A stretch of DNA of 64,000 nucleotides from Candidatus Dormiibacterota bacterium (GTDB lineage Bacteria; Chloroflexota; Dormibacteria; CF-121), in NCBI GenBank assembly GCA_035936995.1, contig DASYVR010000024.1:7276-71275 (forward strand), read 5' to 3'. Below are positions 53,581-62,854 of this stretch, one piece after another (within the stretch, counting starts at the first letter, position 1; every line of letters starts with the position of its first letter). The notes below the pieces were generated by a model. It did not search any database. It was given only the letters and a program-made list of their open reading frames with translations, and was not told where the DNA came from. Made by a program: the position numbers and the translations under genes.

Positions 53581-54564
53581 CTAGTTGCGGCGCCGGACCA
53601 CGTAGTAGGTGAGCGACTCGAGCGCGTCGCGGTAGGCTGACGGCGAGAACGCCTCCAGCTCGACACGGGCCTCGTCACCAAACGTCTTCGCGTAAGCGTA
53701 CGACTCGTCGATGCCACGAGAGCCCCGGACGATCCGCACCACCTCGGCATAGTCGGCATCCTCCAGCACCCGCTTGGCGAGGACCGCGTTCAACCGGCCG
53801 TCCAGCGAAGGGTCATGGCGGGCGAGCATCAGTGGCAGCGTGACGGTGCCCTGCTTGAGGTCGTTACCAACCGGCTTACCGACCTCCTCCTCGGTGGCCA
53901 GGTAGTCGAGCACGTCGTCGGCGATCTGGAATGACATCCCGAGCAGGCGACCGAACCGCCGGATCGCCTCGACCTGGGGTTCCTCGAGGCCTCCGAGCAC
54001 GGCACCGCAGTAGGTGGACGCCGCGAGCAGCACGGCGGTCTTCCGTTCAATCTTCGCCCAGTACTCCTCCAGTGATTGGTCGTAGCGACGCTGGCTGGTG
54101 AGCTGCAGCATCTCGCCGAAGCAGATCGTCATCACGGTCTGCGAGAGCACCGCGTCGATATCGGTGTTGCCGATCTGGGACATCAGGTTCGCCCCTTTGG
54201 CGAAGTAGTAGTCGCCGATGATGATCGCCGGGTTCGCGCCGAGCGACTCGTGGATGGTTCGCAACCCCCGGCGGGTTGGTGCCCCATCGATCAGGTCGTC
54301 GTGGATCAGGGTGGCGTTGTGGATGAACTCGATCGCCATCGCCGCCCGGTGCACGTCATCCATCCGAGTCGGACGGCCGAGACCGGCGGCGAGAAAGACC
54401 AGCGCCGGCCGCAGACGTTTCCCGCCGGCCTCGAGGATCTGCTCCATGGCCTCAGCGACGGGGCCGAGATCAGCACCCACCGTCGCGTGCAGCCGGTTCT
54501 CGAAATCCTCGAGTTCGGCCCGGATCGGAACGACAAAGTCAGTGCTCGTCGTGGTGGCGCTCAC
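53581..54564 (-). CDS. Polyprenyl diphosphate synthase (long-chain, IspB/HepT-like)
   Basis: LIHDDLIDGAPTRRG is the first DDxxD and FQIADDVLDY the second. GTG overlaps the murI stop as GTGA. Confidence 0.85.
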   Translation of the reverse strand: MSATTTSTDFVVPIRAELEDFENRLHATVGADLGPVAEAMEQILEAGGKRLRPALVFLAAGLGRPTRMDDVHRAAMAIEFIHNATLIHDDLIDGAPTRRGLRTIHESLGANPAIIIGDYYFAKGANLMSQIGNTDIDAVLSQTVMTICFGEMLQLTSQRRYDQSLEEYWAKIERKTAVLLAASTYCGAVLGGLEEPQVEAIRRFGRLLGMSFQIADDVLDYLATEEEVGKPVGNDLKQGTVTLPLMLARHDPSLDGRLNAVLAKRVLEDADYAEVVRIVRGSRGIDESYAYAKTFGDEARVELEAFSPSAYRDALESLTYYVVRRRN

Positions 54565-55400
54565 GCGGCCCCCTCACGACCGCTCATCGCTTCCACCAGC
54601 TCCAGCCGGACGGTCGTGATCGGCGGCAGGCCCTGCCCGAACAGGATGCGCGCCGTATCGGTGAACCGGTCTGGCGAGCCGGTGACGTAGATCTGGTGCC
54701 GGGCGGTTTCGCGCTCAGCCGACTCGAGTCCGTTCTTGGCGAGCACGCGCTTGACCCGGGCGGCCGTGGTCTCGGCCGAATCCACGACCGTGACGACGTC
54801 GCCGGTGATTTTGCGAATCAGCGGTTTCAGCAGTGGATAGTGGGTACAGCCGAGGATCAGGGTATCGGCCTGGTAATGGAGGATGTCCTGTAGCGCCTCC
54901 CGGAGCACCGCCTCGGTCTCCGGAGCATCGGACTTGCCGGCTTCGACGAGCGCCACCAGCTGAGGGGCAGCTTTCGGCAGCACGCCGATCGTCGGATTCG
55001 CCTCGCGGATCGCATGCAGGTACTCCTGGCTCTGCATGGTGCCTTCCGTCGAGATCACGCCTACGCGCTTGTTCTTTGTGGCCGCGACGGCAGCCTCGGC
55101 CCCAGGCGTGATCACCCCGATGATCGGGATGTCGAACACCTCACGGGCGGTGTTGAGCGCCGCGGCCGTTGCCGTATTGCAGGCGATGACGACCAACTTG
55201 ACGTCCAGCTTCTCGAGAAAACGAATGATATTCAGCGCAAAGTGACGGACCTGCGCCTGGTAGCGGGGCCCGTACGGGAAATGGCCGAGATCCGCGAAAT
55301 AGATCGTGGACTCGATGGGAAGCTGCCGCTGCAGCTCGCGGAGAACGGTGAGCCCGCCGACGCCCGAGTCGAAAACCCCGATCGGGCGCGGGTCACTCAT
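54561..55400 (-). CDS. murI: Glutamate racemase
   Basis: IGVFDSGVGGLTVL, VIACNTATA and LGCTHYPLL. ATG 55400 preferred over TTG 55418. Confidence 0.9.
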   Translation of the reverse strand: MSDPRPIGVFDSGVGGLTVLRELQRQLPIESTIYFADLGHFPYGPRYQAQVRHFALNIIRFLEKLDVKLVVIACNTATAAALNTAREVFDIPIIGVITPGAEAAVAATKNKRVGVISTEGTMQSQEYLHAIREANPTIGVLPKAAPQLVALVEAGKSDAPETEAVLREALQDILHYQADTLILGCTHYPLLKPLIRKITGDVVTVVDSAETTAARVKRVLAKNGLESAERETARHQIYVTGSPDRFTDTARILFGQGLPPITTVRLELVEAMSGREGAA

Positions 55401-55669
55401 TCGCAGCCATCTTAACAATCCCTAATTCAATTGGATCGCAGTCAGGTCGCAATGACAATCGGGCCCCGAATTGATCCCGGCGTTCCGATGCACACTGCAA
55501 GTCACGGCATCCCGGCTGGTTGTACCGGGGATGAAGCCGCACGTCCGGCGCGGTCGGGCCGCGAAAGAGAAGCGCATCGAGCGCGCCAAAGCCCGCCGGG
55601 CCGCCCCGCAGAAGCAGGCCGCGTAGCCTTCACGCCCGAAACCGCCCAGGACCGGTGGGTCCTTCGCGA

Positions 55670-56110
55670 CTACGCGGGACGGCCGGGTGAGCTGGCTTGC
55701 CAGTGCCGTAGGCGCTGAACATCTAGCGCGATAACTAGCGCATCCGCCGGCAGGGGCACGGTCGCGCGGTACTGCGGATACTTCCGTCGAAGCGCGGTGA
55801 CCGCGCGTCGGTGCTCCGGGCCCCGGACGATGAGTCGGGCTCGGCCGGCAAACTGCACGTACCACAGCCGGCGCCAATTCTCGACGTAGTGATCGATCAG
55901 TAGGGTCGCGTTCGGGTTGGCACGAATGTTCACCACCCGGCGCAACTGATCAGGCGCCACCGACTTCGGCTTGCCGTCGATCGCATGATAGAGCGTTTCG
56001 CCGAGCAGCACGAAGCACACTGGCACCAGCGTGGGCCTGGTCCCGTCCGATGTCGCAAAATGCCCGACCCGCGCCCGCGCGATGCGCCGCCGCAAACTCG
56101 CATCAATCAA
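55670..56110 (-). CDS. PPOX-class (pyridoxamine 5'-phosphate oxidase fold) probable F420-dependent protein
   Basis: ARVGHFATSDGTRPTLVPVCFVL...NPNATLLIDHYVENW. TTG 56110 proposed; the longer ORF would overlap the divergent gene. Confidence 0.65.
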   Translation of the reverse strand: MIDASLRRRIARARVGHFATSDGTRPTLVPVCFVLLGETLYHAIDGKPKSVAPDQLRRVVNIRANPNATLLIDHYVENWRRLWYVQFAGRARLIVRGPEHRRAVTALRRKYPQYRATVPLPADALVIALDVQRLRHWQASSPGRPA

Positions 56111-56134
56111 GCCGATGGCTAGATAATCCGCTAG

Positions 56135-57088
56135 ATGCCCCTCTTTCTGCGGGAAGTCGAGGTGAAAGCGCTGCTGACGATGGACGTCACCCTGGCGGCG
56201 CTCGAGGCGGCGTTCCGCGAGTGGGGCGCGGGGCGCGCGGCGAACCAACCGCGTCGGCGGGTGTCGGCTGGCGCCGCTCTGGCCGTGATGTCGGCCGCCC
56301 TGCCCTCCGGCGGCCTGATGGGGTTCAAGGCCTACAGCATGAGTAAGGCCGGCACCCGGTTTTGGGTGGCTCTCTTCGACGCCGCCGACGGGCGCCCCCG
56401 AGCCCTGATGGAGGCGGATTGGCTGGGTCGAATGCGAACGGGCGCTGCCTCAGGGCTGGCGACAAAGTTCCTCGCCCGCCCTGAGTCCGGAGTTCTCAGC
56501 ATCATTGGCAGCGGTAGCCAGGCCCTCACCCAGGTGCTCGCGGTCGCCGCTGTGCGCCCCATTCGAGAAGTGCTCATCTACAGCCGCGACGCCGCCCATC
56601 GGGCCGCCTTCGTCGACGAGCTGGGTGGGGCACTCGCTGAGGGAATCCGCATCCGCGCGATGGCAAGCATGCGGGAAGCGGTCGAAGGGGCCGACATCCT
56701 GACCACCATCACCTCGGCGGCCCAGCCGCTCTTCCCCGGCGAGTGGCTGCAAGCGGGCCAGCACCTCAATGTGTGCGGCTCGAATTTTCCTGATCGCCGG
56801 GAGGTCGACGGCCGGACGGTCGCCCGGGCCGACCTGGTGGTGGCCGACGACGCCGAGGCGGCCCGCCTCGAAGCCGGCGACCTGCTCCTGGCGGAACGCG
56901 AGGGCCAGCTGGGCTGGGGCCGCGTCCACTCCTTGCGTGAGGTCGTCGCCGGCGCGACGGGCCATCGCCAGCCGTCCGACGTCACCCTCTTCAAATCGGT
57001 TGGGCTGGCGATCGAGGACGTCGCGGCCGGCGGGGCGGTGCTGCAAATGGCGGAGGCCCGCGGGATCGGCCTGCACCTACCCGACTAG
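56135..57088 (+). CDS. Ornithine cyclodeaminase / mu-crystallin family protein
   Basis: LGRMRTGAASGLATKFLA and SIIGSGSQALTQV (Rossmann). Confidence 0.8.
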   Translation: MPLFLREVEVKALLTMDVTLAALEAAFREWGAGRAANQPRRRVSAGAALAVMSAALPSGGLMGFKAYSMSKAGTRFWVALFDAADGRPRALMEADWLGRMRTGAASGLATKFLARPESGVLSIIGSGSQALTQVLAVAAVRPIREVLIYSRDAAHRAAFVDELGGALAEGIRIRAMASMREAVEGADILTTITSAAQPLFPGEWLQAGQHLNVCGSNFPDRREVDGRTVARADLVVADDAEAARLEAGDLLLAEREGQLGWGRVHSLREVVAGATGHRQPSDVTLFKSVGLAIEDVAAGGAVLQMAEARGIGLHLPD

Positions 57089-57109
57089 GCAGCCGGATTC
57101 GTGATGCCG

Positions 57110-57138
57110 TTGACTTTTCATGACAGTTGTCCTATATC
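57110..57138 (+). promoter_or_regulatory. Sigma-70-like promoter TTGACT-N17-TATATC
   Basis: Near-consensus hexamers in an AT-rich patch. The -10 ends 11 nt before ATG 57150, implying a leaderless or very short-leader mRNA. Confidence 0.45.
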
Positions 57139-57149
57139 ATTTCCCATAG

Positions 57150-57416
57150 ATGAGCGCTGGTGCCTGGCTGAAAGCCCGTCTCGTCGAGCTGGGGGCGTCG
57201 TTGTGCACCGCCGCCGTCCTGATCGCCGGGCTGGCGATCGGCGTGCCGTTCCTGCGCGAGCGCATCCCGGAGACCGTTTTCTATAGCGCCTGCTGCGTCG
57301 GCGCCGTGCTCCTTCGGGCAGCCATCGACCTGCTGGTGCGTGGAGCGGTGCTGGCGGCCCGCACGGTCCGCCCAGCGGCGCCGGCGACGGCCAGCCTGGA
57401 GCCGTCCGTCGCGTAG
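57150..57416 (+). CDS. Small two-TM membrane protein, hypothetical
   Basis: 88 aa with two hydrophobic helices, directly behind the promoter-like element. Confidence 0.4.
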   Translation: MSAGAWLKARLVELGASLCTAAVLIAGLAIGVPFLRERIPETVFYSACCVGAVLLRAAIDLLVRGAVLAARTVRPAAPATASLEPSVA

Positions 57417-57530
57417 ATTCGCCCGATTGTGCCATCGTGATAGCGTCGATATAAAGAAAGCGACGCCGAATGGTAAGATGAGCAACCGGCACACCCGCGG
57501 GCGGCGCGCCCGCCACCAAGGGAGGACACG

Positions 57531-57803
57531 ATGGGGTATTTGAGAGGCGTCGTACACGGACTAATCATCGGCGGCGCGGTTGCGCTCCTCTACGCACCCA
57601 AGCCGGGACGCGAGATGCGCTCCGAGCTTTCCGATCGGCTCGACCAGGTCCGGGGCCAGATGCAGCCCGTGCTCGATCAGGCGCAGGGCGTCGTCGACTC
57701 GGCGCGGCCCCAGGTCGAGCGGGGGATCTCAAAGGCCCAGCAGCAGGCCCAACGGATCACGCGTCGCGGCGGCGAGTCGAGCGTCCCAAGCCCAGGCGTT
57801 TAG
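57531..57803 (+). CDS. YtxH-domain protein
   Basis: GLIIGGAVALLYAPKPGREMRSELSDRLDQ is typical of YtxH. GGGAGG RBS upstream. Confidence 0.7.
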   Translation: MGYLRGVVHGLIIGGAVALLYAPKPGREMRSELSDRLDQVRGQMQPVLDQAQGVVDSARPQVERGISKAQQQAQRITRRGGESSVPSPGV

Positions 57804-57848
57804 CGCCTCGGCGCCTAGAATTATCGCGTGGCGCTGAACGGAGAGGGG

Positions 57849-59021
57849 ATGGTCGTCGCGGGCGGCGTTCGCACCGCGATTGGCAAGTTTGCCGGCGCCT
57901 TCAAGGACACGCCCAGCTCGGACCTGGGCGCCACGGCGATCCGCGCCGCCGTCGAGCGCGCGGGGATCTTGCCCGATGTCGTGGACGAAGTCATCCTTGG
58001 CTGTGTCGGCCAGGTCGGCGAGGATGCCTTCAACGCCCGCCTCGCGACGCTTAAGGCGGGCCTCCCCGAGAAGACCACCGCGTTCAACGTCAACCGGTTG
58101 TGCGGCTCGGGATTGCAGGCGATCAACAGCGCGGTGCAGGAGCTGCGCACCGGCGAAGCCCAGGTAGTGGTCGCCGGCGGCAACGAGAACATGTCGATCC
58201 AGCCCTACCTCCTGCCCCGTTCTCAGGTCGGGTGGCGCCTGGGCGAAGCCTCGCTGATCGACGGCACGCTATCCCTGGTCACCGATCCCTTTGGCCGCTA
58301 CCAGATGGGTTGTACCGCCGAGAAAGTGGCCGATCGCTACGGCGTTTCCCGCGAGGCGCAGGATGCTTTCGCGTCGGAGAGCCAGCGGCGCGCGGCCGCC
58401 GCCATCGCCGAGGGCCGCTTCACGGACCAGATCGTGCCGGTCGCCATCCCGCAGAAGAAAGGCGACCCGATCATTGCCGATGTCGATGAGCATCCGCGCC
58501 CAGCGACGACGGTCGAGTCTCTCGGCCGCCTCAAGCCGGCCTTTCGGGAAGGGGGCAGCGTGACCGCCGGCAACTCATCGGGCATCAACGATGCGGGCGC
58601 CGCCGTCGTCCTGATGACGAAGTCAAAGGCGCACGAGCTCGGTGTCAGGCCCCAGCTCGAATGGGTGGCCGATGCCGTGGCGGGCATCGCGCCCGAGATC
58701 ATGGGCGTCGCCCCGATCTTCGCGGTTCAGAAGTTGCTCAAGAAAGTCGGCATGACGATCAACGACATCGATCTCATGGAACTGAACGAGGCCTTCGCCG
58801 CGCAGGCGGTGGCCGTAATCCGGGAGCTGGAGATCGACCCCGAGAAGGTCAACCCGAACGGTGGCGCCATCGCCCTGGGCCACCCGGTCGGCGCGACCGG
58901 GGCCATCCTGACCGTGAAGCTGGCCTACGAGCTGAAACGGCGGCAGGCCGAATGGGGCATCGTCACGATGTGCATTGGCGGCGGCCAGGGGATCGCGACC
59001 CTCTTCCGGAACCTGAACTAA
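57849..59021 (+). CDS. Acetyl-CoA C-acetyltransferase (thiolase II)
   Basis: [12 protein letters not shown] (Cys), GNENMS, NEAFA and [12 protein letters not shown] 57849 with GGAGAGGGG RBS preferred over GTG 57828. Confidence 0.9.
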   Translation: MVVAGGVRTAIGKFAGAFKDTPSSDLGATAIRAAVERAGILPDVVDEVILGCVGQVGEDAFNARLATLKAGLPEKTTAFNVNRLCGSGLQAINSAVQELRTGEAQVVVAGGNENMSIQPYLLPRSQVGWRLGEASLIDGTLSLVTDPFGRYQMGCTAEKVADRYGVSREAQDAFASESQRRAAAAIAEGRFTDQIVPVAIPQKKGDPIIADVDEHPRPATTVESLGRLKPAFREGGSVTAGNSSGINDAGAAVVLMTKSKAHELGVRPQLEWVADAVAGIAPEIMGVAPIFAVQKLLKKVGMTINDIDLMELNEAFAAQAVAVIRELEIDPEKVNPNGGAIALGHPVGATGAILTVKLAYELKRRQAEWGIVTMCIGGGQGIATLFRNLN

Positions 59022-59058
59022 GCACGGGATCGGCGCGCTTCCCGTTGTATTCGGAGGC

Positions 59059-59856
59059 ATGGGCCGATTTGTTCGCCGACCTGTGATTCTGGCCGCCACG
59101 CTGGTCGCCTCGGTGGTCGCGCTCCTGCGCTTCAATGTCTTGCTCACGATCGTGGTCATGTGCGTGGGCGTCACCGTCGCCATCCTTGTCGGCCGCCACC
59201 AGGCAGGCCGGTTCAGGATCAGCACGAAAGTCCCGAAGCTACCGATGTGGCGGCCGCGGGTCCAGCACCGCGAGCTGCCCCCACCCCCGGACGACCCGCT
59301 GATCAGCTTCGCCGAACCGGCGGTCGAGCTTTTTGCCTCCCGGACGCCCCCGCTCGCGCATCTCCAGCTGAGCGCCACTGTTCGCGGCCAGCTCGACGGC
59401 TTTGCCCTGGGCCGCGCGAGGCGGATCATCGAGGCGCCCGACCTCCTGACCCATGCCGCGGCCGACGCCGAAACGTGGCCCGCCATCGAGGCCGCGGTCC
59501 AAAAGACCCTGGCGCTCGCGCGGTCGCGCGGCGTCCAGCTGCGCCCCGAAGGGCAGGCCCGCCTGACCCAGGCGCTCGCCCTGAGCGCCGTCCAGGGCGT
59601 TCTGCTCGCCGAGTGGCGCCAGCTGGAGGATGGTCAGACGATCTGGGACGACGCCAGCGCGCGGATCCGCGCGACGGATTCGTTCACGATCCAGCGGATC
59701 ACCGAGGCGATGGAACGGCGCCAGCTGCCCGAGCTCTTTGCGGGGATCGCTCGGCAAACGCCGGACTTCGAAGTCCGGCTCCTGCTGCCCTACGCGCTCG
59801 CGACGGCGTTTTACCTGCGGCTGCGTGGCAAGCCACCGAATGCCTCGGCAGCCTGA
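59059..59856 (+). CDS. Membrane-anchored hypothetical protein
   Basis: Two N-terminal helices followed by a helical soluble region. No motif recognised. Confidence 0.45.
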   Translation: MGRFVRRPVILAATLVASVVALLRFNVLLTIVVMCVGVTVAILVGRHQAGRFRISTKVPKLPMWRPRVQHRELPPPPDDPLISFAEPAVELFASRTPPLAHLQLSATVRGQLDGFALGRARRIIEAPDLLTHAAADAETWPAIEAAVQKTLALARSRGVQLRPEGQARLTQALALSAVQGVLLAEWRQLEDGQTIWDDASARIRATDSFTIQRITEAMERRQLPELFAGIARQTPDFEVRLLLPYALATAFYLRLRGKPPNASAA

Positions 59857-59862
59857 GATCTG

Positions 59863-60972
59863 CTAGCGCGAAGCAGCGCGGGCCGGGATGTCCTGGTGTC
59901 GTGGCGCCGTAAAGCGCACATAGGACCGGTCACCGATCCATTGCGTTGGCGGCGCCGCCCACCATTTCGCCATGTTGTTCAGGGCGACGGCATACTGCGC
60001 GCGCAGGCGCGAGAACGCGACCCACGACTCTTCCGGCCCCAGCAGCGACCAGCCCGCCGCCGCCAATTGCTCCCTCGCCTGGTCGAACTCATAACGCTCG
60101 ACGCCCGGATCGTGATCGCTGCCGACTCGGAAGAAGCGGGCCAGGTCTTCCACTAGGTGCGTCCCCATCGCGAACATCATCTTGGCCGGGCCGCGAGGAC
60201 CGTCGAGGACAGTGGTCAAGACGAGGGTCGTCGCGTCTAGGACCGCGCCCAGTGCGCTGACCCACGATTCGTTGTCGTGCGAGGACCGGAAATAGGCGAG
60301 TACGGGATAGGCCAGATGGCTGTCGAGGACTTCGGCGGCCCATTTCTCCCAATCGCCAAAGAGGCGCGGCAGATCATCGACCATGCCTAGCTTGCCCATC
60401 GTCTCCAGCAGGTTGACGCCGGATGGTGGCGCGCCGGCCCTTGCGTCGAGCGTGACAATCAGGATTTCGCGACGCTGGAACGATCCGTAGAGCGAAAACA
60501 AGAAGCTAATGGCCAGAGCGATGGTGCCGAGTCCAGTTCCGCCCGCTGTCAAGGCCAGCGCCCGAGCCACTCCGGAAGTCGCGACGAAGTCGCCGAAGCC
60601 GATGGTCAGCACCGAGGTGCCGGCAAAATACAGCGCCGTCGGGAAATCCTGCACAACGGGGTGCAGTTGGGCCCGCAGCCCATAGAAGATCAATCCGTAC
60701 CCCAGGGCGAGCCCGCTCAACCACAGCAGCAGCAACACGACCACGACAAGCGGGGCAAAGACTCCGAGAATTCGCTCCCTCTCCCCGGACGAGCCAGCCC
60801 GCAGCCCTATCGCGCGCCAGCTGCGCCATCCGGGACGGACGACCCAACGCGTGAGGCGATAGCGCGCTGGGGTCGGCCGCGGGACGACGACGCTCTGAAA
60901 GACATCGTTGAGGATGTAGAAAACAACGGCGATCCCGAGGATGACCTCGATCGTCTCGATCATGAAGGCCAT
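59863..60972 (-). CDS. Potassium channel family protein
   Basis: Selectivity filter TIGFGDF between two TM helices. C-terminal cytoplasmic domain of unknown type. Confidence 0.75.
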   Translation of the reverse strand: MAFMIETIEVILGIAVVFYILNDVFQSVVVPRPTPARYRLTRWVVRPGWRSWRAIGLRAGSSGERERILGVFAPLVVVVLLLLWLSGLALGYGLIFYGLRAQLHPVVQDFPTALYFAGTSVLTIGFGDFVATSGVARALALTAGGTGLGTIALAISFLFSLYGSFQRREILIVTLDARAGAPPSGVNLLETMGKLGMVDDLPRLFGDWEKWAAEVLDSHLAYPVLAYFRSSHDNESWVSALGAVLDATTLVLTTVLDGPRGPAKMMFAMGTHLVEDLARFFRVGSDHDPGVERYEFDQAREQLAAAGWSLLGPEESWVAFSRLRAQYAVALNNMAKWWAAPPTQWIGDRSYVRFTAPRHQDIPARAASR

Positions 60973-60990
60973 ACTACTTGCGACCGAGGC

Positions 60991-61077
60991 TGGTGCCGGG
61001 ACAGGGACTCGAACCCTGACGCCCTTACGGGCAGGCGATTTTAAGTCGCCAACGTCTACCTATTCCGTCATCCCGGC
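60991..61077 (-). tRNA. tRNA-Leu (anticodon UAA), long variable arm, CCA encoded
   Basis: Minus strand GCCGGGA-TG-ACGG...GGCGA-CTTAAAA-TCGCC-TGCCCGTAAGGGCGT-CAGGG-TTCGAGT-CCCTG-TCCCGGC-A-CCA. Confidence 0.9.
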
Positions 61078-61145
61078 GCGAGCAACATTGTAGGGCCGCC
61101 TCCTCTTGCTTTCTTCGGCGCCATGCGGTAGGCTGCCTCACCGGC

Positions 61146-62180
61146 ATGGGACGGCGCGCTCTTCGCCTGGCTGCCGTCGTTGTCGCGACCGGCGCGCTGG
61201 GCAGCATGTTGGCCTCGGCGTCCCCGCCCCAACCGGCGGCGGCGAGCGAAACTCCCACCCTGGTCACCGCCTCGCTGCCGGTGTACGAGATCGACCCGCG
61301 GCCGGAGCGCATTCGTCTGCCGAGGCCGTCGCCCGCGCCGTCGCCGACACCGGCGGCCGCTCGGGTCGCGACCGCGGCCGCGCGGCCCGCCGCCACGTTG
61401 CGACCGATCCCCGCGCCCGTGGTCGATGCGCAGGAGGTGGCGCTCGTCAACCTCGACACCGGGCGCTTTCTCTGGCAGTCCAATGCGCGGAGCGCCTGGG
61501 CACCGGCAAGCCTGACCAAGGTTTTCACCGCCATGGTTGCCGCCGACCTGATGGGCATGAACACCACGGTCACAGTGCCGGCTTCGATTGCCCAGCTCCC
61601 GGCAGACTCCACCTTTATGGGACTGACATCCGGAGAACGGCTTACCGTGCGAGAGCTGCTGTATGGCGTCTTCCTCAACTCCGGAAATGACGCAGCCGAA
61701 ACGCTCGCCTCGGCGGTCACGTCGCGCTCAACGTTCATCGCGGTTCTGAATGCCAAGGCGGCTCGCCTTGGGTTGCGCAACACGCATTTCGTCAACCCGA
61801 CGGGCCTCCCGGCCGCCGGACATTATTCGTCGGCGTACGACTTAGGCATCGCGGCCACCTACCTTGAATACCACTACGCCGGCCTGGTTGGCATCGCCGC
61901 CACACCCGCTATCACGATCCCAGCAACAGCGACCCACAAGGCTTTCTCGCTCGTCAACCTCAACAAACTGCTGCACACCTATCCCGGCACGTATGGACTG
62001 AAAACAGGTTGGACCGAGGTGGCGCTCGGCTGTTTGATCACAACGTCGAGCCGCGGCGGCCACCGGTTACTGGCGGTGTTGCTTGGTGCCCCGAACGGCA
62101 CCGCGTACGGGGAGATGCCGAAGGTGCTTGATTACGGGTTCGAGCTACTCGGCGTGCTGCCGCGGCCGCCTACGCCGTAA
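61146..62180 (+). CDS. D-alanyl-D-alanine carboxypeptidase (S11, PBP5-like)
   Basis: Signal peptide, then ASLTKVFT (SxxK), LNSGNDAA (SxN) and LKTGWT (KTG). Confidence 0.85.
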   Translation: MGRRALRLAAVVVATGALGSMLASASPPQPAAASETPTLVTASLPVYEIDPRPERIRLPRPSPAPSPTPAAARVATAAARPAATLRPIPAPVVDAQEVALVNLDTGRFLWQSNARSAWAPASLTKVFTAMVAADLMGMNTTVTVPASIAQLPADSTFMGLTSGERLTVRELLYGVFLNSGNDAAETLASAVTSRSTFIAVLNAKAARLGLRNTHFVNPTGLPAAGHYSSAYDLGIAATYLEYHYAGLVGIAATPAITIPATATHKAFSLVNLNKLLHTYPGTYGLKTGWTEVALGCLITTSSRGGHRLLAVLLGAPNGTAYGEMPKVLDYGFELLGVLPRPPTP

Positions 62181-62766
62181 TCGCTCCGAGCCGGAACTCG
62201 ACCTTCGTGTGCCGTTCTGACAGTTGACGGAAGCGGCTTTCGTCCTCGTCGGCGAATGCGCGCTTGGGAATGATATTGACCCCACGCCTGTCCATCCGAA
62301 GCAGATAGAGGTTTCTCGTTTCGATGATTTCGCCGTAGACCGACCACTGCAGTCGCGTCTCGGCATCGACGAACCGGGCCGTGCAGCCACCATCCGCGAA
62401 ACAATGCGTCTGCTCACCCTTCAGCCGCGGCCGCTGACGAAACTGGCGGCCCGGGCTCACGAAGTAGATCCAGGCAGCAAAGCCAAGCCAGAGTGCTGCC
62501 AGGGCAAACGTGGGAAGCGACGTGCTCGGGTCGCCTGCAAGGGTGAAACCCACAGCTGCGGCGCATGCGAGAACGCCGACGACGACCAGGCCGCTGCATT
62601 GCCAGAACACCCAGAACATCCGGTGCATGCCCGCGTCAAATTCGGCCCGGCTGAAGCAAAACGTGACGCAGACTTCGCTCCCTGATTCCGCTTCGGTCAC
62701 GGCACTATGGTACGGACCGACCCGCACGCCACGCTGCCTGGTCGACACAATTTCGGCACTCCCCAC
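62170..62766 (-). CDS. YcxB-like membrane protein
   Basis: Two central TM helices. C-terminal LYLLRMDRRGVNIIPKRAF is typical of the YcxB family. Start uncertain. Confidence 0.55.
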   Translation of the reverse strand: MGSAEIVSTRQRGVRVGPYHSAVTEAESGSEVCVTFCFSRAEFDAGMHRMFWVFWQCSGLVVVGVLACAAAVGFTLAGDPSTSLPTFALAALWLGFAAWIYFVSPGRQFRQRPRLKGEQTHCFADGGCTARFVDAETRLQWSVYGEIIETRNLYLLRMDRRGVNIIPKRAFADEDESRFRQLSERHTKVEFRLGAITA

Positions 62767-62854
62767 GCGCTGGTCGTTGTCGGAATCTACGCCGTTGTCT
62801 TCCTGGGTGGTTTCGATGGTGCTGACCGCGCGGCGCGACGTCTTGCAATAAGAG

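Noticed and set aside
55419-55669. Riboswitch, SRP RNA or other structured ncRNA upstream of murI
   Set aside because: I could recognise no conserved motif of SRP RNA, 6S, RNase P, tmRNA or a common riboswitch. Only the small basic ORF stands out. This is left as an open question, not a call.
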